Part shown: positions 28,180 through 37,330 of the stretch, piece after piece
Layout of the letters: the number at the start of each line of letters is the position of its first letter
Numbering within the stretch: the first letter of the stretch is position 1
Source of the DNA: Thermodesulfobacteriota bacterium
GTDB taxonomy: Bacteria; Desulfobacterota; Binatia; Bin18
Assembly: GCA_964291405.2 (NCBI GenBank)
Contig: OZ219926.1
Span: 3,040,001-3,104,000, forward strand
DNA: 64,000 nucleotides
Reading direction: 5' to 3'
Notes under the pieces: generated by a model
Told to the model about the DNA's origin: nothing
What the model saw: the letters and a program-made list of their open reading frames with translations, nothing else
The model's database searches: none
Program-made: the position numbers and the translations under genes

Positions 28180-28962
28180 TCATGTCAGAAAATTACGTAT
28201 GAGCCGGACACATTCGGCCGGCTTTTCCAGTGGCGGACAGTTGCCGCATTGCGGAATAATCTCCAGGCGGGCGTTGGGTAGCGCGTGCTGATACAAGGTG
28301 CCGCACTCCAGCGGTACGATCCGATCGTCCTGACCCCAGATAATCAGAGTCGGCAAATGCACCCGGCCTAGCAGCCCAGGCAGACTGGGGCTGAACATAT
28401 ACGGCTTCCAACAGTAGCGGACCAGGGTTTCCTGGTTACGCGTTTGTATGTCGCGCTCTTCCTTGGACGGCTTACCCTGGAACAGTTCGGCATACTCGGC
28501 AACCTGCTGCGGATCGAAATACGCCAGTTGTCTGGTACCCTCTTGTCCGTGCAGAAAGATATCGGCAATTTCGCCGTCCCGCGGTTGGATACCGGCCGCG
28601 TCAATCAGAATGAGCCGCTCAAATGTTCTCGGCGACATGACCGCCATTTCTGCTGCCAGCCAGCCGCCGATGAAGTGGCCGGCCAGGGTCACCTGAGGCA
28701 GGTCCAGCGCGTCCAACAGCCATAAACTGAAACGGGCCAGGTCCGTGAAGGATTCGAGCCAGGGGGGACGCTCGGATTGTCCAAAGCCCGGACAGGTTGG
28801 CGCATAGACGGTAAAGGACTCGGCTAACTGTTCATGATATTGCCGCCAGCCCAGACTGCCTTCCGCGCCGTGCAGCATGATCAGCGGCTTGCCCTGGCCG
28901 CCTTTCAGATAATGAATTTGGGCGCCGCCAACTTCGATAGCGTGTTCCGCGTGTTCTGGCAT
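28180..28962 (-). CDS. alpha/beta hydrolase-fold protein lacking catalytic Ser and His
   Basis: LHGAEG, PGFGQS, PTLIIWGQDD are typical; nucleophile elbow reads GHFIGG and the His site reads CGNCP. Confidence 0.88.
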   Translation of the reverse strand: MPEHAEHAIEVGGAQIHYLKGGQGKPLIMLHGAEGSLGWRQYHEQLAESFTVYAPTCPGFGQSERPPWLESFTDLARFSLWLLDALDLPQVTLAGHFIGGWLAAEMAVMSPRTFERLILIDAAGIQPRDGEIADIFLHGQEGTRQLAYFDPQQVAEYAELFQGKPSKEERDIQTRNQETLVRYCWKPYMFSPSLPGLLGRVHLPTLIIWGQDDRIVPLECGTLYQHALPNARLEIIPQCGNCPPLEKPAECVRLIRNFLT

Positions 28963-28981
28963 GAGCGTATCTCTCGGTATG

Positions 28982-30196
28982 CTACGGGGCTTGTTCAAAG
29001 GGTCCGGGCAGCCCCAGCTCTTTTCCCATTTCCCGGACTGCCGGGAGCACGTCATGCTCCATCAGGGCTAAGCAGCGCATCGTGTCTGCATGCCCGATGG
29101 TGCCATCGTTTGTCCAGACGCCAAGAATGCCGGGGCGGACAACGCTGAGGACTTCGCGTAATTTTCTGATCACCGTGTCCGGGTTGCCGACAATAACCCG
29201 GTTGCTTTCCACAACCTTCTCCCAGCCCGCGGAATCAACGCCGCCGTAGAGGGGGTCAGGCCGGAGCGAATAGCGCCGGTACTGGTCGACAATGCGCTTG
29301 GCTCCTTCGCGCGAGTTATAGCCCGGTGGGGCCATGAAGTCTCCCGGTAGCGGCACGCGACCGACACCGGCATTCCCAATCAGAAAGCCCTTGCCGACCT
29401 CATATGCTTTTTCGTCCGTGTCCTGGACATGGACGCGCACAAGATAGCCAAAGTTTTGTGGACCCGGTTCATAGCCCACCTGCTTAGCGGCCTCGGTATA
29501 AATGGCGGTCAGGTCCAGGGTCACCTGGGGGTCGGTTTCCAGATAGATGTAGGGGTAGTGGTGCTGGGCACACCAGATCAGCGTCTCCGGGCTGCCGATA
29601 CCGGGAATCCAGATGGGCGGATGCGGCTGTTGGAGCGGCCGCTCAAAGGGGTTGACCACCCGAAACTGGTAATGCTTACCTTCCCAGCGCCACGGCCCTG
29701 GGGTTGTCCAGGTTTTGATGATCAGGTCATGCGCCTCTTCAAAACGCTCGCGGTTATACACCGGGTTGGTATTCGTTGCCCAGCTCTCGATGCCCGTTCC
29801 CCGCACGAAGCCTGACACGAGTCGGCCCCGAGAGATCATATCGATCTCCGCCAGCTCCTCGGCCAGTCGTAGCGGGTTATCGAAAATCGGGAGCGGATTG
29901 CCCAGCAGGACGATTTTTGCCCGCTTGGTGGTACGGGCCAGGATGGCGGCTTCGAGATTCATGGCCGCCCCCATACACGTCGGGGTATTATGATGCTCGT
30001 TCAGCATCAGGCCGTCGAAGCCAACCTCTTCGGCGTACTCGTACTCGTCGAGATAGGTATTATACAGGTCCGCCCCCAGGCTTGGATTGAAATAGGCATT
30101 CGGAAACGTCAGGCGGACCGCGCTACGAAAACTCTGACGAACATCTTCTTCCGAGTAGTCTACATAGGCTCGCTCGGTAAAACGCATGAGAAACAT
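28982..30196 (-). CDS. LLM-class flavin-dependent oxidoreductase
   Basis: AEEVGFDGLMLNEHH, LAEELAEIDMISRGRL, RPLQQPHPPIW; start could be 30187, 30196 or 30202. Confidence 0.92.
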   Translation of the reverse strand: MFLMRFTERAYVDYSEEDVRQSFRSAVRLTFPNAYFNPSLGADLYNTYLDEYEYAEEVGFDGLMLNEHHNTPTCMGAAMNLEAAILARTTKRAKIVLLGNPLPIFDNPLRLAEELAEIDMISRGRLVSGFVRGTGIESWATNTNPVYNRERFEEAHDLIIKTWTTPGPWRWEGKHYQFRVVNPFERPLQQPHPPIWIPGIGSPETLIWCAQHHYPYIYLETDPQVTLDLTAIYTEAAKQVGYEPGPQNFGYLVRVHVQDTDEKAYEVGKGFLIGNAGVGRVPLPGDFMAPPGYNSREGAKRIVDQYRRYSLRPDPLYGGVDSAGWEKVVESNRVIVGNPDTVIRKLREVLSVVRPGILGVWTNDGTIGHADTMRCLALMEHDVLPAVREMGKELGLPGPFEQAP

Positions 30197-30323
30197 ACCC
30201 ATGCCCCTCCTTCCTCCCTCGGACACTATCCTGTCTGGTATCACCGGATCAAGGGAAAGGGGCGGACGCAGCTTGACTCTTGTCCGCAGGCCGCATACGG
30301 ATAGCCGAAGAGGAGGACTGACT

Positions 30324-30743
30324 ATGGCAAAGACCTACGCCAAGAGCACAATTTCGTATGAATCTGCCGCAAAAATGGTGGCCGCGGCCGTCGCCAAGGC
30401 GGAGGAGCTGGGCTGCAAACAGAACGTCGCGGTTGTTGACGATGGCGGCAACCTCAAGGCGTTTGGCCGTATGGACGGCGCCCCGCTGCTTGGGGTGGAA
30501 GGCTGTCAACGCAAGGCATTTACCTCGTTGTTTGGGGTAGGGACACAAGACCTCTACAGCGCCATCAAAGACGATCAGTCTCTGGTCGTCGGCTTGTCGC
30601 ATTTCTCTAGGGCGACCATGGTCGGGGGCGGGCTGCCCATTGTCGTTGATGGAGAGGTCATCGGTGGGATCGGTGTTGGCGGCGGCACGGTCGATGAAGA
30701 CGTGGCCTGCTCGCAAGCCGGGCTTGACGCGCTCAACGGCTAG
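30324..30743 (+). CDS. GlcG/HbpS family heme-binding protein
   Basis: VAVVDDGGNL..F.RMDGA, KAFTS, GGGLPIVVDGEVIGGIGVGGG..DED. Confidence 0.9.
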   Translation: MAKTYAKSTISYESAAKMVAAAVAKAEELGCKQNVAVVDDGGNLKAFGRMDGAPLLGVEGCQRKAFTSLFGVGTQDLYSAIKDDQSLVVGLSHFSRATMVGGGLPIVVDGEVIGGIGVGGGTVDEDVACSQAGLDALNG

Positions 30744-30764
30744 CCTGCCGCATTCCCGGATTGG

Positions 30765-31160
30765 TTAGATCGGTCGCGGCACGCGCGGGACGGGGCGTTG
30801 CGACCCGCCCGGTGGTGGGGTCTGGGGAGACGTCCCTTCTCCCCCGCCCGCCCGGAGTTGGTCTTGTGTACAGAGTCCCTTTTCGATCAGGACCTTTTCC
30901 AACGAAGCCAGCCAGTGTTCATAGTAGCCGGTCACGGGGGTGCCCGGCTTGTCGGCGCGGGCCTTATCCGCGGCGCCAATTTCTGCAATCAAATGATCCC
31001 GAAAATCGTCCCACTGATACTGCCCCTGCTCACACAGGGCCACGGCCAGGGCAAAGGCGCGCCGTTCCCAGGCGTCGTGAAAGACGAGCTCGCCGCTCTT
31101 TCGCGGAAGGGCAGAGTCCCCCTCCATATTTGAGATCTTGCGATCGGGCGTAGGTTTCAT
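30765..31160 (-). CDS. nitrile hydratase accessory protein (P14K-like)
   Basis: [38 protein letters not shown]; overlaps the nthA stop. Confidence 0.9.
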   Translation of the reverse strand: MKPTPDRKISNMEGDSALPRKSGELVFHDAWERRAFALAVALCEQGQYQWDDFRDHLIAEIGAADKARADKPGTPVTGYYEHWLASLEKVLIEKGLCTQDQLRAGGGEGTSPQTPPPGGSQRPVPRVPRPI

Positions 31161-31819
31161 GCTGCTGGAGGTCCGACCTTGGTGACGCCAATCATCGCGT
31201 CACGGCTAACCAGCGCGGTGAGTTCTTCTTCACTCATGCCCTCGGTTCCGGCGGGACGTTCGGGTAGCACCATATAGCGGATTTCTGCACTACTGTCCCA
31301 GACCTTCACCGCGGTTGATTCGTCAAGCGTAAGCCCGAAATCGCGCAGGACGCCGCGCGGGTCCACCACCGAACGCGAGCGATAGGCCGCGTCCTTGAAC
31401 CAGGCCGGCGGCAGGCCCAGAACCGGCCACGGATAGCAGGAGCACAGGGTGCAGACGACCAGGTTATGGGTGTCTGGGGTGTTCTCAACCACGACCATAT
31501 GCTCGCCCTGAAGGCCGCTGAAGCCGAGTTCCGCAATGGCTGCGGTGGCGTCTTTGAGCAAGCGCTCTTTATACGCGGGATCGACCCAGGCCCGAGCAAC
31601 AACCTTGGCCCCATTGGTCGGCCCGAGGTCGTTCTCATATGTTTCAACCAGCTTGTCGAGCGTTTCCGAAGAGACCAGACCTTTGGCAACGAGTAAGGAC
31701 TCTAGGGCCTGTACCCGCTTCTCCAAGGCCGCGGTCTGTTCGGGAGTGGTGTGTTTCTCCAGATAGGGGTTGGGCGGAGCATCGTGGGCGCTATGGCCGT
31801 GAGGATGATCGTCACTCAT
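31157..31819 (-). CDS. nthA: nitrile hydratase alpha subunit, cobalt type
   Basis: [10 protein letters not shown] metal motif (Thr/Tyr indicates Co type); [12 protein letters not shown]. Confidence 0.96.
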   Translation of the reverse strand: MSDDHPHGHSAHDAPPNPYLEKHTTPEQTAALEKRVQALESLLVAKGLVSSETLDKLVETYENDLGPTNGAKVVARAWVDPAYKERLLKDATAAIAELGFSGLQGEHMVVVENTPDTHNLVVCTLCSCYPWPVLGLPPAWFKDAAYRSRSVVDPRGVLRDFGLTLDESTAVKVWDSSAEIRYMVLPERPAGTEGMSEEELTALVSRDAMIGVTKVGPPAA

Positions 31820-31830
31820 GACTCTTCTCC

Positions 31831-32490
31831 TTAGGCTGGGTCGAGATAATCTTCCCACAGGTCGATATACAGATTGTCTGTCGTGGCCGCCTCCGGGCCC
31901 CAGAGTTCCTGGGCGGTAAAGCAGACCGAATACAGCGGCTGTGGCTGTTCGCCTTGGCCGTGAGCATTGGTATCCGGGTACACAAAGGTGCCGTAGACTT
32001 GGGCTATCGTCCCGTTTTTCCCGCGGACGTAGCGGGGCAGTCGGGTGTGACCGGTTGGATTCAGGTTACGGGCCCGAACTTGGTCACCAACTGAGAAACG
32101 TGAGGTCAGACGACCTTCTGTCCGATTGCAGGGTGCCCCGCCTTGTACAACTGCCGGGACCGCCTCCGGCGGAAGCGGACCTTCTGTTCGCTTGCCGGCC
32201 TCTTGGGCGACTCCGGTTGCTAATTCCTCTGGGGTGAGCACCCCTTTTTCCACAGCCAGGGTTTCCAGTGCGGCCAGCCAGTGTTCATAGTAGGTCGAGG
32301 AGAGATAATGGACGGGGTCCATGCGTTCGATCGCGTGCCGAAAGGCGTCGAGCGTGTCGAGTTGGCCCATGCCGAGCATGGTCATGGCAAACACGCGCTT
32401 CTCCCACTCGGCATGAAAGATCGGCTCATTCTCTTCCGGTTTGACCGGGCCGTAGCAGGTCATACCACCCATGTCATGCACGCTGTTCAT
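31831..32490 (-). CDS. nthB: nitrile hydratase beta subunit
   Basis: [36 protein letters not shown]. Confidence 0.96.
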   Translation of the reverse strand: MNSVHDMGGMTCYGPVKPEENEPIFHAEWEKRVFAMTMLGMGQLDTLDAFRHAIERMDPVHYLSSTYYEHWLAALETLAVEKGVLTPEELATGVAQEAGKRTEGPLPPEAVPAVVQGGAPCNRTEGRLTSRFSVGDQVRARNLNPTGHTRLPRYVRGKNGTIAQVYGTFVYPDTNAHGQGEQPQPLYSVCFTAQELWGPEAATTDNLYIDLWEDYLDPA

Positions 32491-32572
32491 ACGTTTCTCC
32501 TCGGGCTTAACGCGTGGGCATCAACCTAACACTCGCTCTGTTGAGGGTCAATCAATTGGGCGCTGTGTACGC

Positions 32573-33379
32573 TTAGGGTGTGGTTTCCGCTATCCACGCC
32601 TGCGCGACTTCACGGTGCGTTGCAAACCAGACGCCCTCATGTTCCAGGATATGTTGAATCAGCCGCTCCAGCATGGCCATGCGCGAGCGGCGGCCAATAA
32701 CCTGCGGGTGCATAACAATGCCGAGAAAGCCGCCGTCCGCATAGGCACCGTCAAACTCGGCCTCCCAGATTTCATACACCTTATTCTGGCTCGACATGCC
32801 AGCGAAATAGGGAGAGAAGCTGAACAGAAAATGCGGCGCATCGTCCAACTCCCAACTAAAGGGAATCTCCAGGAGCTGACGTTTGGTCTGTGGGGTTGTG
32901 AGCCAGTAGGGGTTATCGTCGCCAACCAGGCTGCTGTCGTACAGAAAATCGTGGTCGAGCAATAAGTCAAAGGTATGCGGGCCGGTATTGCCGGCTGGAG
33001 AGCGGTAGCCCTGTGGCGCCTGGCCGGTAATACGCTTGAGGCTCTCTGTCCCCTTCAACAACACCTCCAGCTCGGCCTCGCGACCCTTGTTGGCGACAAA
33101 CTCGTGCTCATAGCCGTGATGCCCGATTTCATGCCCGTCGGCGTACATCTGTTCAACCAACTGCGGGTGGGTGTCCGCCGACCAGCCCGGCACAAAGAAC
33201 GTTGCCTTGAGGTCATATTTTTTGAGCAGGTTGAGAATACGCGGCACCCCAACCCGCGCCCCGTACTCGCCGCGCGATAGCTGACCTGGAAAGGGCTGGC
33301 GCATAGTCCGAAACCAGAGTGTTTCCGCATCAAAGTCAAAACTCAGGCCAACCGCACAGCGTTTATTATCCGGCCACAT
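32573..33379 (-). CDS. polysaccharide deacetylase family (PuuE/PgdA-like)
   Basis: SFDFDAE, GEYGARVGVPRIL, GHEIGHHGYEH, GYRSP, MHPQVIG. Confidence 0.92.
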   Translation of the reverse strand: MWPDNKRCAVGLSFDFDAETLWFRTMRQPFPGQLSRGEYGARVGVPRILNLLKKYDLKATFFVPGWSADTHPQLVEQMYADGHEIGHHGYEHEFVANKGREAELEVLLKGTESLKRITGQAPQGYRSPAGNTGPHTFDLLLDHDFLYDSSLVGDDNPYWLTTPQTKRQLLEIPFSWELDDAPHFLFSFSPYFAGMSSQNKVYEIWEAEFDGAYADGGFLGIVMHPQVIGRRSRMAMLERLIQHILEHEGVWFATHREVAQAWIAETTP

Positions 33380-33477
33380 GGGACGCTCCTTTGTCACAAC
33401 TCAGGTCGGTGTTTTGTCTGACTGTAAAAGAGTGAGCCAGTATTCTCAATGGACACCTCACGGAATCTCGGCGGGCG

Positions 33478-33506
33478 TTGAAAAATGGCAGGTGGCGTTC
33501 TAGGCT
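33478..33506 (+). promoter_or_regulatory. putative sigma70 promoter of the Uma2 gene
   Basis: TTGAAA-N17-TAGGCT followed by GGAG RBS and ATG 33528. Confidence 0.45.
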
Positions 33507-33527
33507 GAAAAACTACGGAGAATAAAG

Positions 33528-34145
33528 ATGCCTCAAGTAAGCAAACCAGCTTGGCCGGGTTGGGCGGAATATTCCATTCCGGTGAAAATCAATGTGCGGG
33601 CGGTACAACTGACGGATGAACAGTTCGTGCTTTTGTGTCAAGAGAACCCGGAGTTGCGCCTTGAACTAACCGCAGAGCACGAGTTGGTGATTATGCCTCC
33701 AACAGGATCAAAGACGGGATGGCGGAATAGTAGAATTACCCAGCGTTTAGCAAACTGGGCCGAAACGGACGGAACCGGTCTGGTCTTCGATTCTTCAACC
33801 GAGTTCATGTTGCCGAATGGTGCAAAACGTTCACCGGATGTCTCATGGCTGAGACGCGTCCGTTGGGAGGCTTTGACCGAAGTACAGCAGAACGGCTTTG
33901 CCCCGCTGTGTCCCGACTTTGTGGTCGAGCTTCGCTCGCAACAGGATCGTCTCGCTACCCTGCAAGAAAAAATGCAGGAGTATCTTGCCACCGGTGCCCA
34001 GCTCGGCTGGCTGATTGATCCGCTTGAAAAGTGCGTCCATATCTACCGCTCGAAGCAGACCGTTGAGACCCGTGATGATCCGGCTTCACTCGACGGTGAA
34101 GCCGTCTTGCCCGGATTCGTCCTGGATGTTCGGGAGCTGTGGTAG
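33528..34145 (+). CDS. Uma2 family (DUF820) endonuclease
   Basis: FDSST.F.LPNGAKRSPDVSW, CPDFVVELRS, KMQEYL..GAQLGWLIDP. Confidence 0.93.
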   Translation: MPQVSKPAWPGWAEYSIPVKINVRAVQLTDEQFVLLCQENPELRLELTAEHELVIMPPTGSKTGWRNSRITQRLANWAETDGTGLVFDSSTEFMLPNGAKRSPDVSWLRRVRWEALTEVQQNGFAPLCPDFVVELRSQQDRLATLQEKMQEYLATGAQLGWLIDPLEKCVHIYRSKQTVETRDDPASLDGEAVLPGFVLDVRELW

Positions 34146-34194
34146 GTGACAGGAATATCAGCGGTCGGGGCGGAAAGCGGACGTTTGCTCTGGT

Positions 34195-34584
34195 ATGAAG
34201 CTAAAACGGATGAAGATTGTCGTGCAGCCAGAGGACGATTTTTTCGATCAGGTCCGCGAGGCATTTTCTACTGTTGCCAAAGCGTCACGGAAATGCGAAA
34301 AACTCCCACGGTCCACACCGGTTCTCTCCTTTCCCAGCATCAAGGAGATGGCTCGGACACTGACGCCAAAACGTCTTGAACTCCTGAGATTGATCCGGCG
34401 AAACGATCCTCAATCAGTGCGCCAATTGGCCACGTTGGCAGGTAGAGATATAAAGAATGTCAGTACGGACCTGAAAGTCTTGGAGAACCTGGGATTGGTC
34501 GAAACTGAAGAGCGGGAGTCGCCCCGCCAGCGCAAACGTCCGGTGAGCACCTTTGATCGACTGGACATGGAGGTGTATTTATAG
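34195..34584 (+). CDS. HTH DNA-binding protein, HVO_A0114/COG4190-like
   Basis: LSFPS..EMARTLTPKRLELLRLI...SVRQLA..AGRDIKNVSTDLKVLENLGLV. Confidence 0.8.
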   Translation: MKLKRMKIVVQPEDDFFDQVREAFSTVAKASRKCEKLPRSTPVLSFPSIKEMARTLTPKRLELLRLIRRNDPQSVRQLATLAGRDIKNVSTDLKVLENLGLVETEERESPRQRKRPVSTFDRLDMEVYL

Positions 34585-34606
34585 TCTTGTTTCCAAGGCG
34601 GACTGT

Positions 34607-35401
34607 ATGACAACATTTTTTGACGGACCGAAACCCAGACTGTTTGCACACCGGGGCGCTAGCGGGGAAGCGCCCGAGAATACCATGGCCGCGTTTCAGC
34701 GGGCTGTGGATGCGGGCGTTGAGTATATTGAGTTGGATGTACATGCGTCTGAGGATGGGCAGGTCATGGTCATCCACGACGCGACCATCGAGCGGACGAC
34801 CAATGGTCTGGGTGAGGTTCGGAACTATTCCCTTGCTGCCCTGCAACAGCTCGACGCGGGCTATCGGTTTTCGCCGGACGAGGGCAAGACGCTCCCTTTC
34901 CGCGCGTCGGACGTCATTATTCCTTCGCTCCAAGAGGTGCTGGAGAGCTTTCCGCAGGTAAAATTTACGGTTGAGATCAAGCCATCCGACCCGCCCATCG
35001 AAGAACCGGTGATTGCGGTGATCAAAGACTGCGGCAAGGCAGATGACGTTATCATTGCGTCAGAACATGATGTGGTGTTGGCGCGCGTACGAACCCTGGC
35101 CCCGGATATCCCGACGAATTTTGGCTATAACGAAGTGGTCGATTTTATCCAGCGCGTTGCAACCGGTCAGCTAGACGGCTATCAGCCGCCCGGTCAGGCG
35201 CTTCAGATCCCACCCACATATCAGAATATCCCGTTAGTGACGGAACAAACGATTGCCGCCGCGCACCAACTCAATGTGGAAATCCATGCGTGGACGATTA
35301 ATGAGCCACACGAGATGCGCAGCCTGCTTGACCTCGGTGTAGACGGGGTGATGTCAGACTTTCCGGCGCGTTTATTGGAAGTGGCACGGGAGAGAGGGTA
35401 A
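34607..35401 (+). CDS. glycerophosphodiester phosphodiesterase
   Basis: AHRGASGEAPENT, IELDVH, IHD, WTIN, GVDGVMSDFP. Confidence 0.95.
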   Translation: MTTFFDGPKPRLFAHRGASGEAPENTMAAFQRAVDAGVEYIELDVHASEDGQVMVIHDATIERTTNGLGEVRNYSLAALQQLDAGYRFSPDEGKTLPFRASDVIIPSLQEVLESFPQVKFTVEIKPSDPPIEEPVIAVIKDCGKADDVIIASEHDVVLARVRTLAPDIPTNFGYNEVVDFIQRVATGQLDGYQPPGQALQIPPTYQNIPLVTEQTIAAAHQLNVEIHAWTINEPHEMRSLLDLGVDGVMSDFPARLLEVARERG

Positions 35402-35467
35402 GGCGGAGAGTGTGGAAACCTGATAGCCCTGCTCTCGTTCCTCAATTGGCCATGGTCCAGAGAGGGA

Positions 35468-35510
35468 ACCCACCCCGACCCACGGCCACCCCTCCTTGGA
35501 GGGGGAGGGA
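35468..35510 (+). repeat. REP-like palindromic intergenic element
   Basis: ACCCACCCCGACCCACGGCCACCCCTCCTTGGAGGGG, similar to 10958-11002 in the opposite orientation. Confidence 0.55.
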
Positions 35511-35528
35511 TGCCGGGAATGAGCCCGC

Positions 35529-36365
35529 TTACTGAATCTTCGGCATAACCTCGGCGGCAAAGCGCTCTATGCCACTGCGGAAGGTCGCGGCATCAGCGTA
35601 GCGTCCCAGCCCCAGAACGTAGTAATTGGCCCCGGCCTCTTTCATGGCCGATATGCGATCGATCATGGGTTCTGGGCTGCCCTCGCGGATCATGCCGCCG
35701 ACGATCAGGGCGGGCATGGACCGTCCGTGCTTTTCGGATTCCTCGCGTAAATGGGCGGCAACCTGGGCCAACTCTCCCGACTGGAGTCCGATCGGATAAT
35801 AGCCGTCGCCCCATTTGATGGTCCGCTCAATGGCCTTGGGGCCGGCTCCCCCAACCCAGATGGGCGGACGCGCCGGACGCGGGGCAAAGACAAACTCGGG
35901 GAATTTGATGTGAGTCCCGTCGTACGCACTCACATCGTTATCAAACAACTGATGGACGACTTCGAGGGTTTCGTTGGTAATGGCGCCCCGCTTGCGCGGG
36001 TCCACGCCCAGGGCTTCAAATTCCGGCCGCATCCAGCCGACCCCGGCACCCAGGATAAGCCGCTCGCCTGAGAGTTCCTGGAGGGTGGCCACCTGCTTCG
36101 CCATATACACGGCAGGCCGGTAGGGAAAGACCAGGACGGAAATACCGAGCTGAATTTTCCGGGTCAGCGCGGCAAAATAGGCCAGCGTCGTCAGCGGCTC
36201 AAAATAGCGTCCGCCCGATCCTTCAGTTTGATCCGGTGGAATGGCCAGATGATCGACTACAAACGCGGCATCAAAACCGGCTTCTTCCACGGCCTGCACG
36301 CACGCACCGAGCGTGTCCCGGGTCGCGGCCGGACCCATATTGCGGATGACAACACCAAATTTCAT
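35529..36365 (-). CDS. LLM-class oxidoreductase, probably F420-dependent type
   Basis: EEAGFD..FVVDH, EPLTTLAY.AA.T, VATLQELSGERLILGAGVGW..EFEALG, PPIWVGG. Confidence 0.9.
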   Translation of the reverse strand: MKFGVVIRNMGPAATRDTLGACVQAVEEAGFDAAFVVDHLAIPPDQTEGSGGRYFEPLTTLAYFAALTRKIQLGISVLVFPYRPAVYMAKQVATLQELSGERLILGAGVGWMRPEFEALGVDPRKRGAITNETLEVVHQLFDNDVSAYDGTHIKFPEFVFAPRPARPPIWVGGAGPKAIERTIKWGDGYYPIGLQSGELAQVAAHLREESEKHGRSMPALIVGGMIREGSPEPMIDRISAMKEAGANYYVLGLGRYADAATFRSGIERFAAEVMPKIQ

Positions 36366-36667
36366 GCGTCTTCTCCTTCGCCGTCTTGAAACAAACGTTC
36401 AGCCAATTCCTCGGCCAGCGCCGAGCGCTCGTCCTTATCCTCTCGAAGCAGATCGAAAGACAGGTTCATCAGCATTTTTCCGAGGACCTCGCGTTGGAGC
36501 AGATTGAGGCTGACGGTTTGTGGCTGTTCCTCTTCGAGGTGAGCCAGGAGGGTCTCCATGGAGCGGACCCCGGCGTCATTCTCCTGTCGCGCCAGCCGGT
36601 CGCCCGCCATGCCCGCTGCCTGCTGCAGCAAGGCGACTTCTCGGGTGGTGAGGGGATACGAGGACAT
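36362..36667 (-). CDS. hypothetical protein
   Basis: 101-aa helical ORF 12 bp after leuD with ATGA overlap into the LLM gene. Confidence 0.7.
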   Translation of the reverse strand: MSSYPLTTREVALLQQAAGMAGDRLARQENDAGVRSMETLLAHLEEEQPQTVSLNLLQREVLGKMLMNLSFDLLREDKDERSALAEELAERLFQDGEGEDA

Positions 36668-36679
36668 GGCGAGTATTTT

Positions 36680-37300
36680 CTACCCCAAATCCGGAAACAG
36701 CCAGGGCGCTTCGTTTTTGCGGCGTTGCTCATAGGCCGTGATATCGGCATCGTTTTGCAGGGTGAGCCCGATTTCATCCAAGCCGTTGAGCAGACAGTTT
36801 TTCCGAAAGGGATCAATGTCGAAATGAAAACTGCTCCCCCCCGGTGTCGTGACGGTTTGGGCCGCCAGGTCCACGCTGAGTTGATAGCCCGGCTGGGGTT
36901 CGACTGCGGTGAATAATTGATCGACTTCTGCGTTTGTCAGGACAACCGGCAGCATACCGTTTTTGAAGCAGTTGTTAAAAAAGATATCGGCAAAACTGGG
37001 GGCGATCACGCACCGAAACCCATAGTCCAACAAGGCCCACGGTGCGTGCTCGCGCGACGAGCCACAGCCGAAATTGTCCCGCGCCAGGAGAATGCTCGCG
37101 CCGGTATAGCGCGGTTGATTGAGGACAAAGCCGTCCTGGGGATTGCCGTCGCTGGCGTAGCGCCAATCCGAGAACAACCCTTCCCGCAGGCCCGTGCGCT
37201 TAATGGTCTTGAGATACTGCTTGGGGATAATTTGATCGGTATCGACATTCACCCGGTCGAGCGGGGCAACAATACCTGTGAGCGTGGTAAAAGCGTCCAT
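36680..37300 (-). CDS. leuD: 3-isopropylmalate dehydratase small subunit
   Basis: [36 protein letters not shown]. Confidence 0.97.
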   Translation of the reverse strand: MDAFTTLTGIVAPLDRVNVDTDQIIPKQYLKTIKRTGLREGLFSDWRYASDGNPQDGFVLNQPRYTGASILLARDNFGCGSSREHAPWALLDYGFRCVIAPSFADIFFNNCFKNGMLPVVLTNAEVDQLFTAVEPQPGYQLSVDLAAQTVTTPGGSSFHFDIDPFRKNCLLNGLDEIGLTLQNDADITAYEQRRKNEAPWLFPDLG

Positions 37301-37330
37301 AGCGGTTTCCTTTATGTCTCCAATGCGGAT

